A DNA stretch of 64,000 bases, taken from positions 6,448,001 to 6,512,000 of the forward strand of contig OZ176056.1 in the NCBI GenBank assembly GCA_964247055.1, written 5' to 3'. Shown here piece by piece: positions 1 to 12,185 of the stretch. The stretch's first letter is position 1. Each line of letters starts with the position of its first letter. A program made the translations under genes and the position numbers. The DNA comes from Paragordius varius. Lineage: Eukaryota > Animalia > Nematomorpha. The notes under the pieces were generated by a model, which worked only from the letters and a program-made list of their open reading frames with translations, was not told the DNA's origin and made no database searches.

Positions 1-770
1 AATAAACAAATATCATATTTGAATTGAATGGTCCAATACGTTCTCCGGAAAATTGTCTCAAAGACACGATTTTTGTGGACTCCTTTTAATAAAACCCATA
101 TATTACACGGGGTGGGCCCTAACTGGGGGAATTCTAAAAAAGGGCGAAGCTATTGTCGAGGCATTCATTTATGATTATATTTTTTGATATTTGGATTTGA
201 TTGGGTGTACCGGTTTTCCGGAAACAGATCATAAAGCCACATGACGGATCAGTTTTTAGTGGGTAGCTTTTTACCCAAAAGCTATCATCAAAGAAACGCT
301 CGACTAATATTTGTGCCTTTTAACTATTACGTGGAATCCTTATTGAATTATTACGGTCTCATACATTGAGCGAAAAATAGATGTAAAATTTTTTTTTGTG
401 GACTTTGTGTTTTGAAAAAAATAGCATTTTACGGGGGGAGCGGGTAAAAACAGGGCCTAAATCAAAAAAGCGAGACGACTTTGTTCAGCGCAGAAAATAA
501 GTAAACAAAAGTCATATTTGAAATAGATTGGTCCAACAGGTTACCTGGAAAATTGTCTCAAATACACGATTAAGGACTTCTGTTTTCAAAAAAAAACCGT
601 TTTTCACACGGGGTGGGCCCGAACTGGGGGCATATTTCAAAAAAGGCGAAGCTATTGTCGGGGCGTTCATTAATGATTATATTTTTTCGATGTTTGGATT
701 TGAATGGGTCTACCGGTTTTCCGGAAACAGATCACAAAGCCACCACTTTTTATTTTTATAAATATATAAA
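1..770. mobile_element. Two tandem copies (first one partial) of a ~500-bp interspersed repeat, probably a Helentron/HINE-like non-autonomous element
   Basis: 1-240 and 500-745 align with each other and with 7280-7530 (gggtgggccc..aactggggg..gaagctattgtcg.ggcattcatt.atgattatatttt..ccggaaacagatca.aaagcca). 370-500 aligns with 7147-7280. The second copy ends in ttttataaatatata, like the 7556 copy. Confidence 0.6.
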
Positions 771-1344
771 TTATATTAAAAGTAGCAATATAACTTTAGC
801 CTTAGGAATATTAATCGAAACTTACAAAAATGAATTATGTGTTTCCAAGATTAAAAATATATATTTTTTAAAAATGAAATTTTTTAAAATTAAAACCATA
901 CTGAAAAAATAAACTATACCATAAGTAATGAGTTATATTAGTTCAAAAACAAATAATTTAATTTTAGGGTGCATTTGAATTGTTCAAGAGTAATTTGAAT
1001 TGTTTAAGGGCGAATTTGAATTGTTTGAGGGCGAATGTGAATTGTCCGAGGATAAATGATTTGAAGGTAAATTTAGATTTCTAAATGGTGAATATGAATT
1101 GTAAATGGTATTCTGCATTCAAATCTTAGTTTCTTATTGTCAATTAAGATAAAAACTGAACGCAAGTTAATTTAAAATATTTTTTTTGGTAAAAGCTTTT
1201 TTTTTCAGCAGCACAAATATTCAAAAAATTAACAACACTCTGAAATATAATTATTCTTTAATTCAAATAACTCTTCCTTTGTAAAAATGATAATTTTAAA
1301 ATATATACATTTTTATGTAATTCTTTTTTTACAAAAAACGTTAG

Positions 1345-2731
1345 CTATGTAGAGTTATGGGAAACAAATCTTTGTCATTAGATTGGCGCAATTTTTTCGA
1401 TGCGACTTCCAAGTCTTACAGTGCATACTCGATAGCTAATACCACTAGCAAACCTTTGAATGATATCGAAAATACTTACAATAATATTTGGATAACATAT
1501 GAAAATTACCAGAGTTTTGAGAAAAAGGTTTTATTTCTTTAATTAAACGTTGCTGCTTTGGGTAAAGTCCTTTAAACGAATTTTTATGCTACTCTCAAAA
1601 AAAAATTATAATAAAATAAATAAAATTTAAATGTATAATTATAGGCAAACATTTCTAATTAAACTAAAATAAATATCATTGTCACTTTGAAAAATAATAT
1701 TTAAGTCTGAGAGAATTATTTCTACTGCTTCGATTTGTCAAACACCATTGATTGATCGTTCGGTATTGTTAGGCTATAATTTACATTAAAAATTGAAATT
1801 ATACGGACAAAAGGTAAAAATAACAAATAATATATTTCAAAAGACAACCATACTTTTTAAACCTTAATTTTTTTCATATAAATTAGATAATTACAATTGT
1901 AAAATATATGATTGATTATTTTACCGATATACATATCAATTTCATACTTTGCAGTTTTCAACCATGGGGTATATTTAAAAAAATCAAGAATCAAAAAGTA
2001 TGATTGTCTTTTAGAAAAAAATATTTCTTTATATTTTTACATTTTGTCCGTATAATTTCACTTTTTACTGTACTTATTATAGATTGGATTTCATTGAATA
2101 ATATCGGTTCTTAAATAGAGTTCACCATTTTTTTATGTCGAAAATGCGCCCCTCGAAGCCAATTGTATTGGGCACCCCTATTTTAAGCCATAACGATTCA
2201 ATAGTAGATTTCATTTGTAATAACTTTATTTAATATAATGTTTTTTTAAAATAAAATGATTCCATATTTGGTGTTAAACACAAACACATCAGGCCTTTTT
2301 TTAATATTTCGAAAGCCAGACAGCTAAATATAAATAATACGCGTAAATATAAAAATTAAACCACATTTTGTAGATCTGATTTTTCAAAAGGACCGATCGT
2401 TTTAGGTTGCAAAATAAATGGTATTTAATCGCTATCCAAGTCTGATCATTAAAATCCTAACGAAAAAAATAAAGGGATTATATGTTAGCTTTTTACTACG
2501 AAATTCATTTAGGCTGAGTTAATCAGACAACAGGGGCTTGCTGGTGCCTCGGTTTGGCTTTTATCCGGCGATTATTATAACAAATCTCACGTGTCGCCAT
2601 TTGCATGCCCTCAAATAACGGGATTAGGAAACAAAACACACCTTAAAAAGTTTGATAATAATGCATCTAATTTTCCACTTTTAAACAAGTTGAAGCAAGA
2701 TATGATGATGATGGATAGACAAGCAAAATAA
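1345..2731 (+). CDS. GH18 chitinase / chitinase-like protein, last two exons (5' part outside the window)
   Basis: Exons 1345-1527 and 2513-2731 join in phase 0 with canonical GT-AG: LCRVMGNK..WRNFFDATSKSYSAY..NIWITYENYQSFEKK|AELIRQQGLAGASVWLLSGDYY..NFPLLNKLKQ..*. This matches the GH18 C-terminal pattern W(V/I)xYDxxxSxxxKxxYxxxxGLGGxMxWxxxxDD..YPLL. The catalytic DxDxE motif is upstream, so activity is unknown. Confidence 0.75.
1784..2070. mobile_element. Tc1/mariner-like MITE, family B
   Basis: Inverted ends aaaaattgaaattatacggacaaaa / ttttgtccgtataatttca.tttttactg, with internal aaagacaaccatac and its complement. Confidence 0.75.
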
Positions 2732-4447
2732 TAAAATTAATTTTACTATTTGTATTTATAATTATACATTATTTAAATAAATGTTGTGATTCTGCACTTT
2801 AAAAAGCAAGCTTATCAAGTGTTTCGAAATTTGAGAGACTCTAATGAAACAAAAACTGGTTTGTTAGGCTGTTCAACCAGTAAATTAGGTGCAACCCAAT
2901 CCTTAAACCTAAGAATATGGTATAAAACTAAAAATTTTCAAAAAATAAAATTATTAATTAAAAACAAACTCACTAGCAAATAGGATAAATTATTATTGTA
3001 GCGGAAAATTTTTATACTCGTATGTGTATAGTTTCCCAAAAAATACATAACTCATTGTGGACGCGTGAACTTTTTCAGATAATATTTATTTTTTGATGAA
3101 AATTTTAATAATTAATCAATAAAATTTAAAATATTTAAATAAATAAATAAATATACCATTTACAATTCAAATTCACACTCCAAAATTCTTCACCCTTAAA
3201 CAATTCACACCCTAAAAATAAATTATGTGTTTTCATTAAATTATTTTAAAATAATTCATATATTTATTTTTTAAATTGTATTGAAACGTTCTTCATACTG
3301 AGGATGAAGGAAACCATTTAAAACGCTGAAAATATTATAACATTTTTCAATAATCCCTACACATCTTTATTCACTCTGAGTTTTGATTAAAATATTCGTT
3401 TCATCTCCAAATATATGTTAACATGTTTTTCTTTAGCAAAATTTCACCAGATATGATAGTAAGGGAACAATTTAATTAGCATTCTGAGGCTTTGGATATG
3501 TTCAGAAAGGTGACAAAGAGATAACCGTTTTTATTTGCCTCAAAATAGTATGAACTCCGCACAAAACTTTGCTAATGAATATTGAGTATATATAAAAATA
3601 TATCATATATTTTTTTCATCGCCTGGTATTTTTGGGCCTATTTAGAGAGCCCCATTTTAGGAGATTGAAATAACGTGGAACTTTTGGAGCCCACATCTAT
3701 AACTTAATTGAAATATTGTTTTCCTTTCCAAATGTAGTTTACTGTATATTTGATTATATATTTATATTGAAGCATTTGCTTTAACTTAAAATAAAATTTT
3801 GCCATTTTTTAAAATAGCGCAATTACTACAAAACTGATAATAACTTTTCGAAATTAGTTGTAAGTGCTAAATAATAATCTTGACACATGTTCCTAGCAGA
3901 ATATATATATATATATATTACAGGGTATTTTATATACACCCTGATTTTGGCAGTGGTATAAAACAACAAAGATCAATATTATATTTTCAAAAAAATAAAT
4001 GTTATTGATATGCTAACTATCACTTATATAGTAAAAGAAATAATTTTTTTATTATTATATTATGTGACTATCAATGAGTTACAGAAAACAATTTACGACA
4101 TCAGCCGATAAAATTTGTGTCCGACTTTGTTTAAAAATTATATTAAACATTTTTTGCCATAATTATATTTGTAATAATCAAATAATATAATTTTTTAATA
4201 CTATTATAAAAATATTTGGGATTATGATGGGACCACCTATGCGTTAGATACAATAATAAATAATAAATATAAGGGGATAATTTTATCTAAAATCAAATAT
4301 ATAAATTTATTTGGTATAAACGATACCATATTATCAAAAATTTATTTTTTAGAAACTCTATGAAAATTTCATAATTTTATAATATTTTTTAAAAAATAAC
4401 CCATATTATTTGGGAACACTCATACAAAAATATTTTTACCGGCAAAT

Positions 4448-7400
4448 ATGAACCGTTCGAGTCGCGATAAAAAAGCAGCCCGGCTCTCAGCTCTTGAGGA
4501 ATTGAAACGATGTAAAAATGAAGGAAAAATTTACAAAGGACAGGTTTTTAATTCAATTATAATTTCTAGATCAATAATGTCGAAAATGTTTATGAATACG
4601 TTGATGAAAAGGAATACAGCAATATTGTGCGATCACGACAGGAAGAAAATTTTGTAGAGGACGATGGTGAGAAATAATCCTTTTAAAATCTGATACATAT
4701 GTTATAAATTTTTTATATTTTTGCAGGAACTGGTGAATATAGAGATGATGGACGCGAAATATTTGAAATGGAATATGAAGAAAATGATGGTTTGGTATAA
4801 TACATATAATACATTTTAACTTTTTTTATTAGGTTATGAAGGAACGATGTACGAAGCGGCAAACGATAAATCTGCTCAATCAGCGTCCGCAAGCAAAAAA
4901 TATGGCGCAAACATCAAAGAAATGTTTATGAATTCAGCAGCGGCATCTCACAAACGTCTTAAAACTGACGCTCAAGTATTAACATTTTTATAATTTTAAT
5001 TTATTTTCAACAAATGTATTCTTATTTTTTTTTACAAAGAAACAAATTCCATCTTTACAACTTGATCAAGATGATCTCTTAAATGATATTATGGGACAAC
5101 TAAATAATAATATTAATAATACCAATAAGGATGTTCCGAAATTATCAGAAAATAAAAGTTGTTCTACTATTGCAAATTCTTACAAATTGCATAATATGGA
5201 TGATTTAAATGACAATTTAAACAATTTATATTCGGATACGGAGGAAGGATTTGACACTCTTGATAACGGTTAGTTAGCCAGTTTTATTTTCATTTATTAA
5301 GGGAAAATATGTTTGAAATTTTTAATTTATTTAATTTATACCCGTATAATGAGATAACATTGGAATTTCAGTTTTTTTAAAATTATCATTTAGCGTAAAT
5401 ATTATAATATTTGATACATAGAGATGTTAATTATACTTTACTTGGAACAATTGAATTGGAATTTCGAAAGGTTAATTATGTTTTACATTTAATCAATAAT
5501 TTATCAGTCTGATATTTCTATCATATCATAAGAATTGTATATAATAGAAAAAAAGGACACGCTTTTTTTGTCATCTTTATAATTTTTCATTACACATTAT
5601 ACACTTATTTATCCTCAGTGGGTAGTTATATTGCATTTTTGTGTTTAAAAAATTGTTAAAACCTAAGATTAGCATAACAATCGTTATATATCCCATATAT
5701 ATTTATTAATAAGACATTTCTAATCTTTATAAGAATCTAATCAACAAAAGACTCAATTTTATAAATTTACTAGTACAATTACTATTCTTTTGACTTAGGG
5801 GTTGTTTGAACGAAATTTATAAAGAAAATGTAACCATTTAATGCTTTAGTAAAAGTTTAATCATTATTTATTCGTACATATTTATTTAATTTATTTAATA
5901 TGACGACATTTCTAATCTGATCACATATGAATAAAGGAAAGATAAAATTTTATATTCTTATAAAATACGAGATTTCTTGCTGACTAATGATTAGTTTGAC
6001 TCACGGGTGGACCTAAATGCATTTTTATTGGTTCACAAGCTTTGGCATTTGCTATACAGGTCCTAGGCAAATCCCAAACCATATGTAAATATTTCCAGAA
6101 GCGACATTCAGGATTAATTAACACGGAAAACGGTATAAGGAAAACGTACCAATCCACAATCAAATAGCATAGGGGCCATGCTAATAAAAAAGCATTAACA
6201 AAAAAATATATTTTGACATTTATAACTATTTTTTTAAAGTCATATTGCATAATGGGGTGTGTAAAAATATTTTGAAACACTGATGAAAAGCATTGTACAT
6301 TTGTGGAATATTTCGATAATAATTTGGTTCAAACACTAAAGGTAGCTTTTAGTAGCCAAATTTATGAATCCAAATCCATTATTTACCCAAGGATCAATCA
6401 TTTTTTTAAATGTTTGCCATTTTAATATATAAAATACTACCTGTTCTTGATCATTGTATATATTATAATCATACAGTATGCATTTTAATGGTTGCTTATT
6501 TCACACTATAATAGGGCAATTTGCAACAGAGTAATGATGGAAAAAACTACAAAATGTTGAATAAACAATTTATTTAGTTTCTTTTTCCTATACACTACTG
6601 AGTTGCGGATTATCCAACTATACTGTGAAATAAGCAACCATTAAAATGCATATTGTAAATAGCCTATTCTCACTAAATTATTTATTCATATATTTGTATC
6701 TGTCGAATTGGTCTCCTATTTATATTAGATTTTTTAGTAAAAAGCTTGGAAAAATGTTGCGTTGCTTGAACAAGTGTTGTTTTTGATGAAAATGGTATAC
6801 TTTTTAAAATAACTAATAATTTAGACGCGAGAGGGGGCATTACTTCCAAAAAAAAGTTTGGGGGTTAAATATCTATCTATCTATGGATGTTACAATATTA
6901 TCATAATTTTAATATAAAAAAATTATAGCAAAATTTGGTTCAAATTTTAACTTTTTATATAACTAGCGTAAATCTCGTGCTGCTACGCAGCCGGAGGAAG
7001 TCCTTTGGATTTCTGGGGGGGGGGGGGGGGCTATTTGAAATAAGGGACTATAAAATGATCCACATATGTGGATTATTTCGAAACATTATTTAATAGATAT
7101 GTATAGGAATTTTAAAACGGATCATTCATAATATATTGTTTAATTGGGAGAAAAATAGATTTAAAAAATTTTTTTTTGTAGATTTTGTATTTTGAAAAAA
7201 AAATGGAATTTACGGGGGTAGCGGGTAAAAAGAGGGCCTAAATCAAAAAAGTGAGTCGACTATGTTCGGCGCAATCGAAAATAAAAACAAAAATCATATT
7301 AGAAATTGAATGGTCCAACACGTTTCCAAAAAATTGTTGAAAGACACGATTTTTGTGGACTTCTGTTTTCTAAAAAAACCCGTTTTTCACATGGGGTGGG

Positions 7401-10400
7401 CCCGAACTGGGGGCCTAATTCAAACAAAGGGTGAAGCTATTGTCGGGGCATTCATTAATGATTATATTTTTTCGAAGTTTGGATTTGAATGGGTCTATCG
7501 GTTTTCCGGTACCAGATCACAAAGCCAGCATTTTCCATTTTTATAAATATATAGATTAATCATATTATATTTGTTAAATCGTTTTTTATTTCCTTTCCTT
7601 GTCGCAATTTATAAAAAAACGTGACATAATTAAGACTAAATTGGGCGAAATTTTAAATTGTAAGGATTATAGATTCAACATCAATCATTTTTATTAGCAT
7701 AATTTGTAAATGTCTAAAATTAGGCTTGAATCCTTTTCCATATAGCAATAAAATCTTTGACAGTTTTTTTACAATACAGGTTACAATTAATATTTATTAT
7801 ATTAAATTTATAGAATTTAACTCTATACCCATATAACCTTAGCTTTTGCGATAATTTTTAAAGACGTTATTAACCCCCCCTCCCCTTAAAAATGCTTTCT
7901 GTGAATTTTTAATTTAATTTTAGTTGGGTATAGTAAACTATAAAATTTTCTTATTTAACATGATTAGAGGCAGTGATGTCCAACTAAAATGGCTTCCTGT
8001 GTCACATTTTTAACTAAAAAAATTTCACAGTCGCATTGAAATATATATGGGTAATAATATTTGTTAGACTTTTTAAGATAACATAACATAAGGCTATAAA
8101 AAGGAAACACAATATAAGATTATTGCCAATTACATATAAACTTATCCTGAAAGTTTGTGTGTAAGTAACCCGAGCATTTTTTTGAAAATTATGGATAGCC
8201 AAATGGTAATTCTTATAATATAATTACAAAGTATTTACCGACAAATATTAATATCAGAATCCAAACAGCGGCCCAGAATATTTTGTGTGGTGTTGAATCC
8301 GTACTACTCACCATATCTTTCTTTCTTTCTTGCTTTTTTTTCCCCAAAATATATTTAATGATAATTCCTAAGGATTGAAGTTTTTTTAAAATAATTCAAT
8401 TAGCGCGTGTACATTGATAATAATAATAATCATTATGATGAATAAATTAACCAAAAAATTTAAACAATCAATCTTTTAATATTTTTGAAAAACAAATATA
8501 AATAGGCTAGCTACGTAACTATAAATATATTATAAAATTTTAGCGATATATTTTAAATTACCTCAGTTCCAACGTTTTTTTTAAAAAATTTAACTTCAAG
8601 GATAGGAATCTAATTTTTAACTCAGCAACGGTATAGGAAAGAGTTTTGTTATTATGTTACCGTTTATTAAAACGAAAAATTTTAATTCGAAATATAAAAA
8701 AAATTAGCATTTGATATATCCATAAAATCTTCCTTATTTAATTGTACTTTATAATGATTAGTATGAATCATTTGATTTAGGGGGGGGGGGGGTGTCTTAT
8801 TTGAAAAAAGCTGATTATTACATAAAGGGGGTCTAAAGTAGGGGGCAGGCCACTTTTTTTACTCGAAAACTCTGATGAGACATCATCGATGGACATTAAT
8901 ATATTTTTTTGAAATCTCCAACATTAGACTGTAAAAATACAAACACAATATCTACTTTATTTTAAATTTTTGTTAGTGATATTCATTGCCAATAAGTAAA
9001 AAGATTATTTTAGGGTTTAGAAATATTTAGGGCCGTATGTTACCACCCCTGGTCTTATCTATATATTTATATTATACTATTATGATGAGTTTTTTTCCAA
9101 TTATAAGTTTATTTAGATATGTGGTTTTAATGATCAATTTTTCAAAAATCCTGAAAAAGCGAGATACCAATATATATAGTGAAAATTGGAATTATACGGA
9201 CAAAACGTAAAAATATAAAAACAAATATTGTTATCTAAAAGACAACCACCATACTTTTTAAATCATAATATTTATTTAATTAATTACTTGGTAACATTAT
9301 CAATTTCAGATGATTTTAAAGTGTTAAGAAAATATTTTATATAAACAAAATTAAGGTTAAAAAAGTATGGAGGTCCTTTGAATAAAAATATATGTCTATA
9401 TATTTTTTAGTTTTGTCCGTATAATTTTAATTTTTACTGTATTTACTTTAGAATCAATTGAACACAATTTAATACCGTAAAAAACTATAATCAATTACAT
9501 ATTTTAAATCGAAATATTAATTGAGGTACATTGAATAGTTGCTAATATATACTCTTAGTGTTTTATAAAACTATTTTATTTAGACATCATAGATGTGTAA
9601 AGAGAAGTTTTTTTTAGTAATTTTTTAGCTAAAAATAAAATTTGCCTGGTTTTGCTTATAGTATAAAAGTCTCACTAGTTGCAAAAATTTTTTTTATATA
9701 ACGTGCAATTATAATCTAAAAAATATGTCAATGACTAATTACCGTAACAATTGAAATTATACGGACAAAACTTAAAAATATAAAGGCAAAAAAATTTTTT
9801 CTTAAAGACAATCCAACTGTTTATATCTTCATTTTTTTATATAAATCATTGTTAAAAATTGCAAAGTATGAAATATAGATGAAAAAGTGTGGTTTTCTTT
9901 TAGAAAAAAAAAGATTTGTCTTTATTTTTTTACATTTTGTCCATATAAACAGCGGAATTTTCAAAATTGTCTAAAAATCTTGATTATGGTGATGTTTTAA
10001 TTTTGGTTTTTAATACTAAATAATTTTATTTTTTTGCCACTTTTATTTCGTACTTTTAGAATGTATGGATGAAAAACGACCCAATGATCATAAATCCTTT
10101 ATCGCTTGCAATATGGTGAATGAAAATTCTATGGGTGCTTTATTCAATGAGGATTCTGAAGACATGGTCCTAGGTTTAAATGAGAATAAAGATGCATGGA
10201 ATGAAAATTGTTCCAATAAAAATTCTAAAAGCACAAACGTCAATACACCAAACCAATCGCAAAATGAGGATAATCTATCAAAGTTTGTATATATTTTAAA
10301 TTTTGTTGACTGTTTGATTTTTCTAAATATATACCATTTACGATTCAAAATTACCCATGAACAATTCAAATTCACCCTAAAATAAATTATGTCTTTTCGG

Positions 10401-11244
10401 ACTAATTCAAACTCATCATTAATATAGAATGTATCTTTATGGCCAAGTTTAGTATTTTTTCAGTATTGTTTTTAATTTTAAACAAAATTTCATTGTAAAA
10501 ATATAAAAAAATAGGTAATTTTTAATTTAAAAAACACATAATTTATTTTAGGGTAAATTTGAATTGATGAATTTGAAGTGTAAATGGTTATGATAATTTT
10601 TCAAAATAAAAATATTTTTATTAAAATTACAACATTTTTGCTACTTTACCTCGAAAAATTAAACTTAACTTTTAAAATTTTAAAATAAGAAAAACGGTTA
10701 ACTTACTAATTATACATGAGAAAATAGTTATAACTGTTTGAAACCACCTTGTCTGTTCTAAAAATGTCCTCATTTTAGTATTCCTTTTTTTATTTTGAAG
10801 CCGTTTGAAAAAAAGCTACCGATTAAAAGCCTAAAATTTATATTTTCATCATCGCATTTTTTACTATAGACTAATTTCGTTTTTCATTTTTATTCATTAT
10901 ATTTTAGCCATAAAGTTGGGCAAAATGCAAACACTAAAAACACCAATAAAAATATTAATGGTTACACAATGTCACACTTACCTGACAATAAACGCAAATT
11001 CCTTAATCAAATAAATGTGTCCAATGTTGAAAAACCGCAAACTATTGACAATAATTTTACGGATTCGAATCAATCGTTAAGCTACAAATTTACAGTTAAA
11101 ACTGAAACTAAATCATTGTTGTCGAAGGACATGACTCAAAATAGTAGTGTTGAGGCATATTTCCTATTTTATTGGTTAGATGCGTTCGAAGATCCTGTAC
11201 ATAAACCAGGTTTATTTTATTAATTAATATTCGTTTTCAATAAC

Positions 11245-11275
<31 letters not shown>

Positions 11276-11797
11276 TATAATTCTACGGATTTATATTTAT
11301 AAAAAAAGTATATACCATTTACCGTTCAAATTAACCCTAAAAATAAATTATGTGTTTTCGAACTTATATACTCTTTATTAATATCAAATGTATTTTTATG
11401 TATTTATTATTTTTTCATTACTATTTTAATTTAAAACAAAATTTTATTTATAAAAAACATATGTTAGTTAATTTTAAAATCTAGAAGAACATATAATTTA
11501 TTTGAGGGTGATTTTAATTGAAGGGTGAATTTGAATTGAAGGGTGAATTTGAATTGTAAATGGTGTTTTTTATTCTTTTTTTCAGTATTTTTGGTTCATT
11601 ATCAAAGGCTTACACTACTTGCCAGTTTGTGGGGGCGTACTTAAAACTTTAAACGATTTAATTTTTTAAAGCAACTGATAATCATATTTAAATTCATAAA
11701 ATTTAATATAATTACCATGAGCTTATTGGTTTAATAGACACGTTTTTATTTTTAAAATAAGCCCGAAGGGGTGTATTTTAATTTTTTGATTATCACG

Positions 11798-11844
<47 letters not shown>

Positions 11845-12132
11845 ATTTAGGTACAATATATTTATTTGGTAAAAGTTATGTTGAGAAATGCAAAGAATAC
11901 GTAAGTACTTGTGTTGTGCTTAAAGATGTTCCAAAAACTGTCTATCTCCTACCCGCTAATGATAAGGTGTGTTTATGATTGATTAAATTTTGAAACAACA
12001 TAAAATTGTAAATCATAGTTTGTTTTTTTCTGATTCAAGAAAAAATACACGTAAAAATTTTGTGTTTTTTATAATATTTCCCTATATTTATGCTATTATG
12101 GCTAACTTTGACAACCTATTTTAAATTTAACT

Positions 12133-12185
<53 letters not shown>

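Noticed and set aside
528-912. ORFs 528-761, 613-912 and the similar 7310-7546
   Set aside because: They are copies of one interspersed repeat. The frame is broken in the copy at 28-190 and shifts between copies.
3280-3780. Possible degenerate RT fragment on the minus strand (FVTFLNISKASE, like FLDISKAFD)
   Set aside because: Only one short motif, with stops around it and no second RT motif in register. Too weak to call.
4713-4910. Minus-strand ORFs over real exons (4713, 10088, 22370) and plus-strand ORFs 51354, 61078, 61313
   Set aside because: Antisense shadows of POLA1, MAN2A or PUF60 exons.
7015-8793. Poly-G tracts (also 38426 and 42245) as G-quadruplex regulatory sites
   Set aside because: Isolated homopolymers, mostly inside repeat fragments; nothing in the sequence supports a function.
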